DNA of 51,534 bases from an uncultured Candidatus Saccharibacteria bacterium (GCA_964554485.1 CAZKOX010000001.1:75363-126896); one strand, 5' to 3'. Positions 25,201 to 36,487 are shown, counted from the first letter of the stretch. Program-made: numbers and translations. The notes: a model not told the origin generated them from the sequence alone.

Positions 25201-25792
25201 TAAGATGTACATGATTAAACTTGACCACATGGTTACTGATAAGATCCATGCCCGATCAACTGGTCCTTACACAATGGTTACCCAACAGCCACTTGGCGGA
25301 AAAGCTCAAAATGGTGGTCAACGATTTGGAGAAATGGAAGTCTGGGCGTTGGAGGCTTACGGTGCTGCAAATACACTTCAAGAAATGCTTACTATCAAGT
25401 CAGACGACGTTTACGGACGAAGCAAGGCCTACGAAAGCATCATCAAGCGCACACAGATCGAAGGACCAAAAGTTCCGGAAAGCTTTAACGTGCTTGTTAA
25501 AGAGCTTCAAGGTCTTAGCCTGCGAGTTGACTTAGTCGACTCAAAAGAGGGGCAGTTAGTTGATGCCGAAGCAGTGCTTGAGGCAAATATCAAAGACGAG
25601 GCTGCACATCTAGCAGCTGTCGATATGCCAAAAGACTCAATATCTGACATTGATGTTACTGAAGAAGCCGTAGCTGACGAATTTGAAATATTAGATACCG
25701 ATGCTACTGGAGTTCCGATAATCGTTGATGAAGACGATGACACTGACGACACAACAACTACCGATGAAACGAACGAAGGAGAAAACGAATAA
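22202..25792 (+). CDS. rpoB: RNA polymerase beta subunit (TTG start)
   Basis: FIINGAERV-like motif, rif-cluster SSQLSQF..HKRR, GDKLAGRHGNKG, GGQRFGEME. Confidence 0.98.
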   Translation: MKAQAKTTTKTKNLNVLTNSGRVSFTDAKDIDLPNLVDHQTKSFQWFVDEGLGELFAEIYPIDDYTGTKLSLRFKSYHFEPPKISEAEARENNVSYDAPLKAIVELTNKVTGEVKEQEIYLGDYPWMTERGTFVINGAERVVVSQLIRSSGVFFTSTTHGAKNLYGAKVIPGRGAWLEFETAASGALYVKIDRRRKLPVTTLLRALGMSDQQMKEAFKHVDSGEVSLLDITLEKDPAKGANEALIEVYRRLRPGDLATVDNARGLIENMFYNYKRFDFSRVGRYKLNKRLDLDVPNTAENRVMRLDDLTAIIAEIIRLHNTQEAADDIDSLDSRRVKLVGEQVQRQFRIGLLRMERNAKDRMSMCEIETVMPAQLINARPVVAAVREFFASSQLSQFMKQVNPLSELAHKRRLSSMGPGGLSRERAGFEVRDAHATHYGRICVIETPEGANIGLVLNLAAYARVNDYGFIETPYRKVINAVTAKNAVGHIASVNLEDEKGKILVKAGNKITADDAKKLAAIKTQVTWPVKAKVSNEIVYVDASEEKSAVIAGAGNKVDKDGYFVEDRVSARNRLVAGEVDANEVTHIDASDKQIAGTSAGLIPFIEKDYVLRSLIGSNQQQQAVPLLRPQSPIVASGLEEAVARNSGQLILAEADGVVEKATADDVVVKYGKNSVHYHPLHYVRSNEGTSITQRPVVNTGDKVKAGDPIIEGMSVENGELALGKDVTVAFMPWAGYNFEDAIVISNRLVSEDVLTSINIVDYMTEVRETKLGPEIVTRDIPNVSEDALRHLDEEGIVRIGAEVHPGDILVGKITPKGEQELSSEERLLRAIFGEKAKEVRDTSQRMSNGKHGKVVGVKIFSRANGHELKAGVLMQVQVFVAQMRKIQVGDKLAGRHGNKGVIARVLPAEDMPFMEDGTPVDVVLNPLGVPSRRNIGQLFEVHLGMAAAALGMKVVSPPFNGVPGDKIKELLVQAGLPEDGKIQLYDGRTGDVFKEKTAVGKMYMIKLDHMVTDKIHARSTGPYTMVTQQPLGGKAQNGGQRFGEMEVWALEAYGAANTLQEMLTIKSDDVYGRSKAYESIIKRTQIEGPKVPESFNVLVKELQGLSLRVDLVDSKEGQLVDAEAVLEANIKDEAAHLAAVDMPKDSISDIDVTEEAVADEFEILDTDATGVPIIVDEDDDTDDTTTTDETNEGENE

Positions 25793-28700
25793 TGATGCGA
25801 CGTTACGACCACGGAACAAACATTGCCGACTTTGATGCGGTACGACTAACAATTGCTAGTTCAGAAGATATTTTGGACTGGAGCCATGGTGAAGTTCTAA
25901 AACCAGAAACAATTAACTATCGTACTCAGAAACCTGAGCGCGACGGATTGTTCTGCGAAAGAATCTTCGGACCTGCAAAAGATCTAACTCAGCACGATGC
26001 CAAACTTAAAGGTATTAGGTCTCGTGAAGTTGCTGTCGATAAAAAAGGTGAAATTGTCACCAAAACTATAGTTCGACGCGAACGTATGGGTCATATTACG
26101 CTTGCCGCTCCAGTTTCTCACATCTGGTTCCTTCGTGGCACTCCTAGTCCAATCGGTCTAGTCCTAAACATGACTGTTAAAAACCTTGAAAGAATCGCTT
26201 ACTTTGCTAGCTATGTTTTCCTAAAAGTCGACGAAGCAAAACGCGACCAAATGCTTGCTGACAAAGAAGCTGAATTCGAAGCAGCAAAAGTTGCTATCAA
26301 GGCTCGTTTTGAAAAAGAAGCTTCCGATGAAAAAGCCGACGTTAAGGCGCTTGCTGAAGCTCAGACAAAAGAAATTGAAGAGCTAACAGAAAATTACTTA
26401 CAAACCAAAGAACAGCTATCCAGCCTTGTACTTCACGCACTTGTTCCTGAAACTGACTTCCGAAACATGCCTGACGATATTCAGGATCTTGTCGAAGTTG
26501 GAATGGGTGGTTCTGCTATTAAGGCTATGCTTGATACTGTCGATCTTGGAAAACTAATCGAGGACCTAAATAAAGAAGCAATTGAAGCTAAAGGTCAACG
26601 CAAAAAGAAGATCATGAAGCGACTTCGAATGCTTGAAAACATGCATCGTTCTGGCATCAAGCCGAACAGCATGTGCGTGACGGTTCTTCCTGTAATTCCT
26701 CCAGACCTTCGTCCTATGGTTCAGCTGACTGGAGGTCGGTTTGCTACTTCAGATCTAAACGACCTTTATCGTCGAGTTATTAACCGAAATAACCGTCTTA
26801 AGAAGTTGGTTGATCTAAATGCACCAGAAATTATTCGTCGTAATGAACAGCGAATGCTTCAAGAAGCCGTTGATGCACTAATCGACAATAGCTCGGCTCG
26901 CAGTGGACGTGCTGTTAGCACCACTGGACAACGCCGACGTCTAAAATCGCTTAGCGACATGCTAAAAGGCAAGCAAGGCCGATTCCGACAGAACTTGCTT
27001 GGAAAGCGTGTTGACTACTCTGGTCGTTCGGTAATCGTAGCTGGCCCAGAACTTAACATCCACCAGTGTGGTCTTCCAAAAATGATGGCTCTCGAACTAT
27101 TTAAACCTTTTGTGATTGGTCTTCTAATTGAACAAGACATTGCCCATAACATTCGTGCGGCAACAAGAATGATTGAACTTGGTGAAACAGTTGTTTGGGA
27201 TGCACTTGACGAAGTCATTAAAGGAAAATACGTACTTCTAAACCGTGCACCAACACTTCACCGACTTGGTATTCAAGCTTTTCAGCCAAAGCTGATCGAA
27301 GGAAAAGCTATCCAACTTCACCCGCTGGTTTGTAAGGGCTTCAACGCCGACTTCGATGGTGACCAAATGGCCGTGCACTTGCCGCTAAGCGACGCAGCGC
27401 AGGCCGAAGCTCGTGACCTTATGAGTGCTAGCCGCAATATTCTAAAACCTGCCGACGGTACTCCTGTACTACACATTACTCAAGATATTGTGCTTGGTTC
27501 TTACTACATTACTTACGACCGCTATCCAGATAAGAAGCGTCGAGCATTCTCGTCAGTTGACGAAGCTTTCTTCGCCTACGAAGCCGGTAATCTACTAATT
27601 CAGGATCCAATCCGAGTTAGTTTCAGAGGTGAGGTTTTAGAAACTTCACTTGGTCGAGTTCTATTTAACGAAATCTTCCCAGAAGAATTCCCATTCCAAA
27701 ACGAAGCTATGACCGCCAAAAAACTTCAAAAAGTTATGGCATTGGTTTATAGAACTCTTGGACAGGAAAAAACTGCTGAAATTGCCGACGAACTAAAGAA
27801 CATTGCCTTTTACTATGCAACACTTTCTGGCCTATCGATGGGTATGGAAGACTTTGTTCCTATTGACGGTCTTAGTGACGTAATTAAAGAAGGTGAAAAA
27901 CAAGCTGCTTTGATTTCTGTTCAGTATGATCAAGGCTTCATTACCAATGAAGAACGTGCTCGTTTGACTATCGATAACTGGGAAGCGATCGACGCACGTG
28001 TTCAGAAGATGCTTAACACTCAAATGGAAGGCATCGACAATAGCATGTCAATTAGCGTTACTTCTGGTGCTCGTGGATCGCTTTCAGAAATGAAAAACAT
28101 CGTAGGTATGCTTGGAATTCTTTCTGACGCTACTGGACGCGAGATTGAGCTACCAGTTAAGAACGGCTTCAAACAAGGTCTTACGACTTTGGAATACTTT
28201 ACAGGTGCTCGTGGAACACGTAAATCGCTAGTCGACATTGCTCTTCGTACTGCCGACTCAGGTTACCTAACAAGACGATTGGTTGATGTTTCGCAAGATG
28301 TCTTTACTGTTGAAGACGAAGATCACGATCCAGGCTTTACAATGCACAAATCCGATGCTGCCGAACTTGGAATTACTCTAGGAACTCGTCTGCTCGGACG
28401 TTACCTTGCTGAAACTCTAAAGATTGACGGCAAAATGATTGCCCGCCGCGGTGATCTTGTAACTAGCGAGCTTGCAGAAAAGATCGATGCCTCAGAAATA
28501 GAATCTATTAAGATCATGAGTGTACTTTCGACCTCATTGGTTCGTGGAATCCCACGTAAGAGCTATGGACTTGATCCGGCAAATGGTCAGCTTGTTGTTA
28601 CGTCTCATCCGATTGGCGTTATTGCTGCTCAAAGTATTGGTGAACCTGGTACACAGCTAAGCCTTGACTCTAAGCACCGTATTTCGGTTATTGAGGATAA

Positions 28701-29601
28701 CACCGCTCAGGGTCTTACTCGTATCGAAGAGCTTTTCGAAGCTCGAACTCCAAAAGGTCAGGCGTATCTTACTGATATTGCAGGTAAGGTTAAGCTTTGG
28801 GAAGAAGGCGAAAACTACGTCGTTCAGATTACAGGAAAAGATCAAAAACAGACTGTGCTTGAAATCGGTGGACGTGTGCCTAAAGTTAAGGCCGGCACAG
28901 AAGTTTCAATCGGTGATGTCGTAGCTTCAGGTGATGGCGGCGAAAACCCACTTGTCACGCCAGTTTCTGGATCTGTCGAAATATCGGCAACTGAAATTAT
29001 TGTCACTCCACACGAAACAGCCTCTGTAAAATACGAAATCCCAGGATTTAAACAATTGTTAGTTAAAGACGGCGATATTGTTGCTCAGGGAGATCGCCTA
29101 ACCAGTGGTTCGATTAACCTACAGGAACTAATGCGCCTTAAAGGTGTCGAAGAAACTCAGCGCTATATTGTCAACGAAGTTAGCCGTATCTTCGCTAACC
29201 AGGGTCAGCTGATTTCTGACAAACACCTTGAAATTGTTATCCGGCAAATGTTTAGTCGGGTTCAGGTTGAGGATGCTGGAGATAGTCAGTTCGTTATTGG
29301 TGATATTGCTTCCCGTGCTGCGGTTGTTGAAGAGAACCTTCGTCTAATCGAAGCCAAGCAAGAACCAGTTGTCTACACACAGTTACTTCTAGGAATTACC
29401 AAGGTTTCGATCTGGTCAGACAGCTTCCTATCGGCGGCTAGCTTCCAGGATACAACAAGAGTGTTAATCTCAGCTGCAACTAGTGGAAAGCTAGATCAAC
29501 TCCACGGTCTAAAGGAAAACGTCATCTTAGGTCGCAAGATTCCAGTTGGAACTGGAGTAGTAAAAGAAGAAGTCGTAACTTCGGTTGCGGAAGAAGCTTA
29601 A
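25792..29601 (+). CDS. rpoC: RNA polymerase beta' subunit
   Basis: NADFDGD catalytic motif, [11 protein letters not shown], bridge helix [11 protein letters not shown]. Confidence 0.98.
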   Translation: MMRRYDHGTNIADFDAVRLTIASSEDILDWSHGEVLKPETINYRTQKPERDGLFCERIFGPAKDLTQHDAKLKGIRSREVAVDKKGEIVTKTIVRRERMGHITLAAPVSHIWFLRGTPSPIGLVLNMTVKNLERIAYFASYVFLKVDEAKRDQMLADKEAEFEAAKVAIKARFEKEASDEKADVKALAEAQTKEIEELTENYLQTKEQLSSLVLHALVPETDFRNMPDDIQDLVEVGMGGSAIKAMLDTVDLGKLIEDLNKEAIEAKGQRKKKIMKRLRMLENMHRSGIKPNSMCVTVLPVIPPDLRPMVQLTGGRFATSDLNDLYRRVINRNNRLKKLVDLNAPEIIRRNEQRMLQEAVDALIDNSSARSGRAVSTTGQRRRLKSLSDMLKGKQGRFRQNLLGKRVDYSGRSVIVAGPELNIHQCGLPKMMALELFKPFVIGLLIEQDIAHNIRAATRMIELGETVVWDALDEVIKGKYVLLNRAPTLHRLGIQAFQPKLIEGKAIQLHPLVCKGFNADFDGDQMAVHLPLSDAAQAEARDLMSASRNILKPADGTPVLHITQDIVLGSYYITYDRYPDKKRRAFSSVDEAFFAYEAGNLLIQDPIRVSFRGEVLETSLGRVLFNEIFPEEFPFQNEAMTAKKLQKVMALVYRTLGQEKTAEIADELKNIAFYYATLSGLSMGMEDFVPIDGLSDVIKEGEKQAALISVQYDQGFITNEERARLTIDNWEAIDARVQKMLNTQMEGIDNSMSISVTSGARGSLSEMKNIVGMLGILSDATGREIELPVKNGFKQGLTTLEYFTGARGTRKSLVDIALRTADSGYLTRRLVDVSQDVFTVEDEDHDPGFTMHKSDAAELGITLGTRLLGRYLAETLKIDGKMIARRGDLVTSELAEKIDASEIESIKIMSVLSTSLVRGIPRKSYGLDPANGQLVVTSHPIGVIAAQSIGEPGTQLSLDSKHRISVIEDNTAQGLTRIEELFEARTPKGQAYLTDIAGKVKLWEEGENYVVQITGKDQKQTVLEIGGRVPKVKAGTEVSIGDVVASGDGGENPLVTPVSGSVEISATEIIVTPHETASVKYEIPGFKQLLVKDGDIVAQGDRLTSGSINLQELMRLKGVEETQRYIVNEVSRIFANQGQLISDKHLEIVIRQMFSRVQVEDAGDSQFVIGDIASRAAVVEENLRLIEAKQEPVVYTQLLLGITKVSIWSDSFLSAASFQDTTRVLISAATSGKLDQLHGLKENVILGRKIPVGTGVVKEEVVTSVAEEA

Positions 29602-29621
29602 ATCTGTTAAAGTAGGAGAAC

Positions 29622-30035
29622 ATGCCAACAATCAACCAACTAATTCGCAAACCAAGAAAGATGCCCGGTCTTAAGACAAAAAGCCCGGCACTGCTTGATG
29701 TTGTAAACAACTTAAAAAATAAGACTTACGAAAAGAACTCACCGTTTAAAAGAGGAGTTTGCGTCAAAGTAACTACCAAAACTCCAAAGAAGCCTAACTC
29801 GGCACTTCGAAAAGTTGCTCGTGTTCGCTTAAGTAACGGCAACGAAGTTTGGGCCTACATTGGTGGCGAAGGTCACAACCTACAGGAACACGCCGTTGTG
29901 CTGGTTCGTGGAGGTCGTGTACCGGATCTTCCAGGTGTACGTTACCACATTGTTCGCGGATCACTTGACCTTCAGGGTGTTTCTGGCCGCAAACGAGGAC
30001 GTTCAAAGTACGGTACAAAGAAAGAAAGTAAATAA
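29622..30035 (+). CDS. rpsL: 30S ribosomal protein S12
   Basis: [24 protein letters not shown]. Confidence 0.98.
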   Translation: MPTINQLIRKPRKMPGLKTKSPALLDVVNNLKNKTYEKNSPFKRGVCVKVTTKTPKKPNSALRKVARVRLSNGNEVWAYIGGEGHNLQEHAVVLVRGGRVPDLPGVRYHIVRGSLDLQGVSGRKRGRSKYGTKKESK

Positions 30036-30511
30036 TGCCACGAAAAACTACCAAAGCACTAGTTCGAGAAGTCGCACCAGATCGAAAATATAAGTCGGTA
30101 ATGGTTCAACGATTAATCAACAAGATTATGCTTGCTGGCAAAAAACAAATTGCCGAAGCAATTGTTTATGATGCTATCGAAGATGCTGCAAAGCGCTTAA
30201 AACAAGAAAACCCACTAGAGGTTTTTGAAAAGGCACTTGCCAATATTCGACCAGCACTTGAAACCCGCTCACGCCGAGTAGGTGGCGCAAACTACCAAAT
30301 CCCTTTTGAAGTAAAAGGTCAGCGACAAATGCACCTTGCCATGATGTGGCTTGTGGCTGCTTCACGTTCACGTAAAGGTATGCCGATGAGCCAGCGTCTT
30401 AGCCTAGAACTTGTTGATGCTTTCAATAACACCGGAACGGCTGTTAAGAAGAAAGAAGACACACACAAAATGGCCGAATCTAACCGAGCCTTCGCTCACT
30501 TCGCGAGATAG
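30035..30511 (+). CDS. rpsG: 30S ribosomal protein S7
   Basis: RSRRVGGANYQIP, HKMAESNRAFAH. Confidence 0.98.
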   Translation: MPRKTTKALVREVAPDRKYKSVMVQRLINKIMLAGKKQIAEAIVYDAIEDAAKRLKQENPLEVFEKALANIRPALETRSRRVGGANYQIPFEVKGQRQMHLAMMWLVAASRSRKGMPMSQRLSLELVDAFNNTGTAVKKKEDTHKMAESNRAFAHFAR

Positions 30512-30513
30512 AT

Positions 30514-30822
30514 ATGTCAGTATCGGAGAGATTACTTTGTCCGACAACTGGTTTAGAGTGTAGCTACAGAGTTCACTTAGATGAACTATATTCACCGATC
30601 GGGCAAGAACACGTACCAGAAGAGTTTAATCCAGTAACTGATGGCATAAAACTTGCTGCAAGATTTGCAGAACATAGTGCCGTAGCTCGAGTACTTAGCT
30701 GTGAAGGCCCGGGCGATGATTTAAGTTGCCCGACCGCAGAAACGATGGCTAATAGTCGAACTAGAACTGCATCAAGATCAGTAGTAAAAAAAGTAATTAG
30801 TTTTATTAGAGGAACAAAATAA
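30514..30822 (+). CDS. Orphan Cys-containing protein inserted in the str operon
   Basis: 102-aa ORF 2 nt after the rpsG stop; its TAA overlaps the fusA ATG; 4 Cys (CPTTGLEC ... [10 protein letters not shown]). Confidence 0.7.
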   Translation: MSVSERLLCPTTGLECSYRVHLDELYSPIGQEHVPEEFNPVTDGIKLAARFAEHSAVARVLSCEGPGDDLSCPTAETMANSRTRTASRSVVKKVISFIRGTK

Positions 30823-32906
30823 TGGCAGAAAAAAAATACAAATTAGAAGACGTTCGAAACATTGGGATTATTGCTCATATTGATGCTGGAAAAACCACAA
30901 CTACCGAAGGTATTTTGTTTCGAACCGGCTTAAAGCACAAAATTGGTGCTGTCCATGACGGTGCAACCACGACCGACTGGATGGAGCAAGAGCGCGAGCG
31001 TGGAATTACTATTACTGCCGCTGCAGTGACTTGTTTTTGGCAGAACCGCAAAATTAACATCATCGACACACCGGGGCACATTGACTTCACCGCTGAGGTA
31101 GAACGCTCTCTGCGCGTCTTAGACGGCGCTGTAGTCGTTTTTGACGGTAAGATGGGTGTTGAGGCCCAAACCGAGACAGTATGGCGTCAGGCCGACAAAT
31201 ATCGCACACCGCGCATTTGTTTTATTAATAAGATTAACCAAACCGGTGGTGATTTTTATAAGAGTCTTGATTCGTTACATGCACGACTTAATAAAAACGC
31301 ATTTCCTATCCACCTGCCTATTGGTTTTGAACAGTCAATTAACGGTGTCGTTGACCTCATTACGATGAAGTCGTACACCTACAAAGAATTTACCGATAAG
31401 AGTCTTGTTGAAGGCGAAATTCCTGAAGATATGATGGAAAAGGTCAAGCGCTACCGAAGTCTGCTTATCGAGAACGCTGTTTCAGAAGATGAAGCAATGC
31501 TAGAGAAATATCTTGAAGTTGGTGAAGATGGTTTGAGTGTTGATGAAATCAAGCAAGCTGTTCGTACTGCAACGTTGAATGGTAACTTCTATCCTGTAAC
31601 CGGTGGTGATGGACGCGGTGTTATTGTCGAAAAACTGCTCGATGCCATGGTCGAATTCCTACCAAGCCCACTAGATCGTGGTTCAACTTGGGGAACACAA
31701 CCAAAAACTGGTGATGAGATCGAACGAAAACCAGAAGAATCAGAGCCATTTGCTGGCCTAGCTTTCAAGATTGCAACCGACCCATTTGTCGGAAAACTTG
31801 CATTCTTCCGCGTTTACTCTGGAAAGATTGTTGCCGGAAGCTACATCTTAAACAGCTCAACCGGCGAAAAGGAACGAGTTGGTCGAATTGTGCGTATGTT
31901 TGCTGATCAGCGTGAAGATGTTACCGAAGTTGGCGCTGGAGATATCGCTGCTATCGTTGGGCTAAAAGGTACTACAACCGGAAATACTCTTTGCGATGTC
32001 GCTCACCCAATTGTGCTTGAAAGCATTACTTTTGCTGAACCACCAGTTTCGATTGCAATCGAACCAGCTACAAAAGCCGACCAAGAAAAGATGAGTATTG
32101 CCTTGCAGCGTCTTGCTGAAGAAGATCCAACTTTCCGAGTTTCTTCAAATGCCGAAACTAACCAGACTATAATTTCTGGAATGGGTGAGCTACACCTCGA
32201 AATCATTGTTGATCGTATGAAGCGTGAATTTGGTGTTATGGCTAATGTTGGTGCGCCACAGGTTGCCTACCGTGAAACAATCCGCAAAGACGGCGTTGAA
32301 GCAGAAGGTAAGTTTGTTCGCCAATCAGGTGGACGTGGTCAATATGGTCACGTTTGGTTGCGACTTAGCCAAAACGAGACTGGTAAAGGTTTTGAGTTTA
32401 TTAACTCCATTAAGGGTGGAACAGTCCCTAGTGAATACATCAAACCTGTACAAGAAGGTGTTGCTGAAGCATTGCAAAACGGTGTTTTGGCCGGCTACCC
32501 GGTTGTAGACGTAAAAGTCGAACTTTACGATGGTAGCTACCACGATGTTGACTCCTCAGAAATGGCCTTCAAGATTGCCGGAAGCATGGGTATTCAGGCT
32601 GGTGTTAAGAAAGCCAATCCGGTTATCTTAGAGCCGATCATGAACCTAGAAGTTGTTACACCGGAAGAGTTCATGGGTGACATCATCGGCGACTTGAGCG
32701 CCCGCCGCGGACGAGTTGAATCGATGGACGACCGCTTTGGCGCAAAGGTAATTAAAGCCTACGTACCTCTTGCCGAACTATTTGGTTACACCACAGATAT
32801 CCGTAGCATGACCCAAGGTCGAGCCGCAAGCACTATGGAACTTGACCACTATGCTGACGTACCGAACAACGTTGCTGAAGCCATCATCGCCAAAAACGGC
32901 AAATAA
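30822..32906 (+). CDS. fusA: Elongation factor G
   Basis: [20 protein letters not shown]; domain IV-V motifs. Confidence 0.98.
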   Translation: MAEKKYKLEDVRNIGIIAHIDAGKTTTTEGILFRTGLKHKIGAVHDGATTTDWMEQERERGITITAAAVTCFWQNRKINIIDTPGHIDFTAEVERSLRVLDGAVVVFDGKMGVEAQTETVWRQADKYRTPRICFINKINQTGGDFYKSLDSLHARLNKNAFPIHLPIGFEQSINGVVDLITMKSYTYKEFTDKSLVEGEIPEDMMEKVKRYRSLLIENAVSEDEAMLEKYLEVGEDGLSVDEIKQAVRTATLNGNFYPVTGGDGRGVIVEKLLDAMVEFLPSPLDRGSTWGTQPKTGDEIERKPEESEPFAGLAFKIATDPFVGKLAFFRVYSGKIVAGSYILNSSTGEKERVGRIVRMFADQREDVTEVGAGDIAAIVGLKGTTTGNTLCDVAHPIVLESITFAEPPVSIAIEPATKADQEKMSIALQRLAEEDPTFRVSSNAETNQTIISGMGELHLEIIVDRMKREFGVMANVGAPQVAYRETIRKDGVEAEGKFVRQSGGRGQYGHVWLRLSQNETGKGFEFINSIKGGTVPSEYIKPVQEGVAEALQNGVLAGYPVVDVKVELYDGSYHDVDSSEMAFKIAGSMGIQAGVKKANPVILEPIMNLEVVTPEEFMGDIIGDLSARRGRVESMDDRFGAKVIKAYVPLAELFGYTTDIRSMTQGRAASTMELDHYADVPNNVAEAIIAKNGK

Positions 32907-33034
32907 TCTTTACAAACAGATTGAAGACTGTTAATATTGACAGGTAACTCGCGTGAGGGCTTTTGCTTTTGACGCAAAAATGGAACGCGAAAAACACTAA
33001 TATAACGATAAATAAACCAAGGAGAACCCTCTAA

Positions 33035-34216
33035 ATGGCAGATTTTAAGCGAGACAAACCGCATGTTAACGTTGGTACTATGGGTCATGTCGACCACGGT
33101 AAGACCAGCCTAACAGCAGCTATCACTATGGTGCTTGCAAAGCGCCTCCCAAGTGAAGTTAACAAACCAGTTAAGTACGACCAAATCGACAACGCACCTG
33201 AAGAAAAAGCACGTGGTATAACCATTGCTACTTCTCACCAGGAGTATGAATCAGAAAAGCGTCACTACGCGCATGTTGATATGCCTGGTCACGCCGACTA
33301 CGTTAAGAACATGATTACTGGTGCCGCTCAAATCGACGGTGCTATCTTGGTTGTGTCTGCTGCAGACGGTCCAATGCCTCAAACTCGTGAGCACGTTTTG
33401 CTTGCTAAGCAGGTAGGTGTTCCATCGGTTCTTGTTTTCTTGAACAAGATGGATCTTGCCGATGCTGAACTTGTCGACCTAGTCGAAGAAGAAGTTCGCG
33501 ACCTACTAGCTAAGTACGAATTCGACCGCAATGCACCTATCATTCGTGGTTCTGCAACAAAAGCTATTGAAGGCGACAGCGCCAACGAAGATGCAATTAT
33601 GGAACTTGTTAAAGCTATGGACGACTTCATTCCAGAGCCTAAGCGTGAGCTAGACAAGCCATTCCTAATGCCAATCGAAGACGTTTTCTCAATCAAGGGT
33701 CGTGGCACAGTTGCTACTGGCCGTGTTGAGCAAGGAATCGTCAAAGTTAACGAGGAAGTTGAAATTGTCGGTATCCGCCCAACTTCAAAATCTGTTGTAA
33801 CTGGTGTTGAGATGTTTAAAAAGAATCTTGACCAAGGTCAAGCTGGCGACAATGTTGGTATCTTGCTTCGAGGAATCGAACGTGACGACATCGAACGTGG
33901 TCAAGTTTTGGCCAAAACTGGTTCGATCACTCCACACACTGAATTTGACGCTGAAGTTTACATCCTAAACAAAGAAGAAGGCGGTCGCCACACTCCATTC
34001 TTCAAGGGTTACAAGCCACAGTTCTACTTCCGTACTACGGACGTAACTGGTGAGGTTGAACTTCCTGCTGACAAAGAAATGGTTATGCCTGGTGACACTG
34101 TTACTTTCAAGGTAAAGCTACTTTCTCCAATTGCTATGGATCAAGGTCTTCGCTTCGCTATTCGCGAAGGTGGTAAGACTGTTGGTGCTGGTGTTGTGAC
34201 TAAAATTACCAAATAA
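33035..34216 (+). CDS. tuf: Elongation factor Tu
   Basis: [27 protein letters not shown]. Confidence 0.99.
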   Translation: MADFKRDKPHVNVGTMGHVDHGKTSLTAAITMVLAKRLPSEVNKPVKYDQIDNAPEEKARGITIATSHQEYESEKRHYAHVDMPGHADYVKNMITGAAQIDGAILVVSAADGPMPQTREHVLLAKQVGVPSVLVFLNKMDLADAELVDLVEEEVRDLLAKYEFDRNAPIIRGSATKAIEGDSANEDAIMELVKAMDDFIPEPKRELDKPFLMPIEDVFSIKGRGTVATGRVEQGIVKVNEEVEIVGIRPTSKSVVTGVEMFKKNLDQGQAGDNVGILLRGIERDDIERGQVLAKTGSITPHTEFDAEVYILNKEEGGRHTPFFKGYKPQFYFRTTDVTGEVELPADKEMVMPGDTVTFKVKLLSPIAMDQGLRFAIREGGKTVGAGVVTKITK

Positions 34217-34242
34217 AACAAAACAGTTTACTAAAAAATAAA

Positions 34243-34272
34243 AAAGCGCTAGAGCTATCTGGCGCTTTCTTA
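34243..34272 (+). terminator. Intrinsic terminator after tuf
   Basis: AAAGCGCTAGA-GCTA-TCTGGCGCTTT followed by a T-rich tail. Confidence 0.8.
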
Positions 34273-34315
34273 TTAATACTTGTACAAATACATAAAATGT
34301 ATCATTATATAAGCC

Positions 34316-34636
34316 ATGCCTAAATATACAATTTCAGTAGAAAAACGACCGGGAATTAATGGTGGCAGTATCGCCTGGATTGAGCCACGTCTTGAACCAA
34401 CAGACAAAGAATTATTATCAGAAGATCCTCGAACTGCAAGTCTGGTCGGAGGGTTAAAGCTTGATTTGTTCTCCCAGAGCGAAGGTTACTTTCTTTCAGT
34501 TGAAGAGCTGACGGGACGTGGTGTTTTTGGAGATGTACACAAAACTGTCCACGAAGTAGTTCACTCGATTAGCGGAAGACTTGCCGGCGTGTTGCAGGAT
34601 GCGGGTATTGAAGTGGATGTTGAATTTGTCAGCTAA
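34316..34636 (+). CDS. Hypothetical protein between tuf and rpsJ
   Basis: 106-aa ORF with a putative own promoter (TTGTAC-17nt-CATTAT, 34280-34308). Confidence 0.65.
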   Translation: MPKYTISVEKRPGINGGSIAWIEPRLEPTDKELLSEDPRTASLVGGLKLDLFSQSEGYFLSVEELTGRGVFGDVHKTVHEVVHSISGRLAGVLQDAGIEVDVEFVS

Positions 34637-34785
34637 TCTCTTGCAAAGGGGGTAGTTTTCTAAATGGTTTTGTTGTAGAATAGGCCTGTAAATTAATGGT
34701 GCTGACTAAAAGTCGTTACGATTGTTCTCTATAACAGCGTAAAGATGTTACAGCGCAAACGTAAGTAGATAGAAAGGTTTTTAAT

Positions 34786-35181
34786 ATGGCAGAAGCCAAA
34801 AAAGTAAAAAAAGAAGTAGAGATAGTAGAGCCAAAGGTTGTAGTTAAAGCTGATGATGCACCAAAAGCGCCAGAAGGTAAGCAACGCATTAGAATTCGTC
34901 TGAAAGCTTTTGACCACAAAGTAATCGATGTTTCAACAAAGCAGATCGTAGAAACCGCTTTGCGTACTGGCGCTACAATTGCCGGTCCTATTCCTCTTCC
35001 TACAAAAAAGACAGTTTATACGGTTGTTACAAGCCCGCACGTCTTCAAAAAGGGTCGTGAACAGTTCGAAATGCGAATTCATAAGCGTATCATCGATGTT
35101 TTTGAGCCAACACCAAAGACTATCGACAGTTTGATGAACTTGTCCTTACCAGCCGGCGTTGAAGCTGAAATCAAGATGTAG
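34786..35181 (+). CDS. rpsJ: 30S ribosomal protein S10 with N-terminal extension
   Basis: [28 protein letters not shown]. Confidence 0.97.
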   Translation: MAEAKKVKKEVEIVEPKVVVKADDAPKAPEGKQRIRIRLKAFDHKVIDVSTKQIVETALRTGATIAGPIPLPTKKTVYTVVTSPHVFKKGREQFEMRIHKRIIDVFEPTPKTIDSLMNLSLPAGVEAEIKM

Positions 35182-35950
35182 CTACGACAGTAGATGCATG
35201 ATCTTCATGGCTATCTAGTCTTGAAGATGCTTCGCGTTTTTCACGTTCTCGAGTTACGGATTGCCTAAAAGCTTCCATAAAGGTTGCAAGCTTGTCGTCG
35301 TCAATTTCTCCAAAAGATGATTCAAGACTTGTCGCAACCAAAACAGCGTCTACTAACGGTACATAACTGCCAACGTTCTCGGCATTAACTCCACTTGCAA
35401 CGGCTAGTTTTGAACGATTTATGGCTGCACGCATAGCTGTCAATTTTTCCAATGATGCTGGTGAACCTGTTCTCGGACCAGTGGTAGTTACAAAATCAAC
35501 ATAAGGGTCTGCCTTTTGGGCCATCAATGCACTCTGCTCTGGATTTTCGGTATAATTTGCTGCTTTGTGAGAAACCCCAGCAAATAGTTTTGTTTCTTTT
35601 GTACTATCCCTGGGCGTTAATTCTTGTAAATATTCCATACAATCTTGATCAAATGGATACCAATCTGTCCAAAGAGCATCTGGCACTAATCCAGAAACTA
35701 CTAGTATTTGATATGCGTCAAAAGGATGACGCATATCTAGAAAGTTGAGTCCGATAAAGGCATCTGGAAACGCTGCTGTTACCGCTTCGTAACGTCGCAG
35801 TAAGGAGGCAGCATTAAATTCATGGTTAATTAAAAAAGCGCCGTCTGCTCCGGCGCTGATTACTCGCTCAACTGCGTTTAATGTTCCTGCTACTCGTTCG
35901 TTATGAATAACTGGATACAGTTTTGGTCCACCAAATTCGACATTCGACAT
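35171..35950 (-). CDS. BtpA/SgcQ-like TIM-barrel protein
   Basis: [47 protein letters not shown] pattern. Confidence 0.7.
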   Translation of the reverse strand: MSNVEFGGPKLYPVIHNERVAGTLNAVERVISAGADGAFLINHEFNAASLLRRYEAVTAAFPDAFIGLNFLDMRHPFDAYQILVVSGLVPDALWTDWYPFDQDCMEYLQELTPRDSTKETKLFAGVSHKAANYTENPEQSALMAQKADPYVDFVTTTGPRTGSPASLEKLTAMRAAINRSKLAVASGVNAENVGSYVPLVDAVLVATSLESSFGEIDDDKLATFMEAFRQSVTREREKREASSRLDSHEDHASTVVATS

Positions 35951-36043
35951 TTTATACCCCTCTTGTTTAAAAGTACTGTACTACAAAATATTGAATAACA
36001 ACATTATTATGTTAAACACAAGCTTTTTGCTAAACTGTTAATA

Positions 36044-36310
36044 ATGAAAAAACAACAACAAAGAGCCAAAGAATCAGACAGTGCTTATGTACTAAAGTTA
36101 ATACTTTATATATTCCTAGGGTCATTATGGTTACGGGTCGGAGTGAATAATTCAGATTGGTTTGTTCCGATGCCTTTGGGCTTTGTAGTAGGTCTTCTAC
36201 TTACTTCACATGAACATTTTCGAATAGATAAAAAAATAGAATACGCAATATTGGTCTGCGTAATGTTTATTAGCTTTTTCTTACCGTTCGGAATAGTCCT
36301 TGGTCTTTAA
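36044..36310 (+). CDS. Small membrane protein (3 TM)
   Basis: 88 aa with three hydrophobic segments around HEHFRIDKKIEYA. Confidence 0.7.
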   Translation: MKKQQQRAKESDSAYVLKLILYIFLGSLWLRVGVNNSDWFVPMPLGFVVGLLLTSHEHFRIDKKIEYAILVCVMFISFFLPFGIVLGL

Positions 36311-36315
36311 ACTTC

Positions 36316-36344
36316 TTGACCATAAGAGGTAGAGCTGGTACAAT
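36316..36344 (+). promoter_or_regulatory. Promoter of the rplC operon
   Basis: TTGACC-17nt-TACAAT with extended -10 TG. Confidence 0.8.
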
Positions 36345-36345
36345 T

Positions 36346-36447
36346 GCACGGTAATTTGATTATCGCTAGGCGAATATCTGCTTGGTGAGTTAGCAAGTCT
36401 TATTGGCAAGCCCTTAGGAAACTGCTAGACACCAAGTGTTTTTGTGC
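36346..36447 (+). ncRNA. Structured 5' leader of rplC (candidate r-protein autoregulatory leader)
   Basis: Nested stems GCAC/GTGC, TCGC/GCGA, CTTGGTG/CACCAAG, TTAGCA/TGCTAG. Confidence 0.55.
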
Positions 36448-36487
36448 CTTAAAGATAACTATAAATAACAGAGGTAAAACGTTAGCT

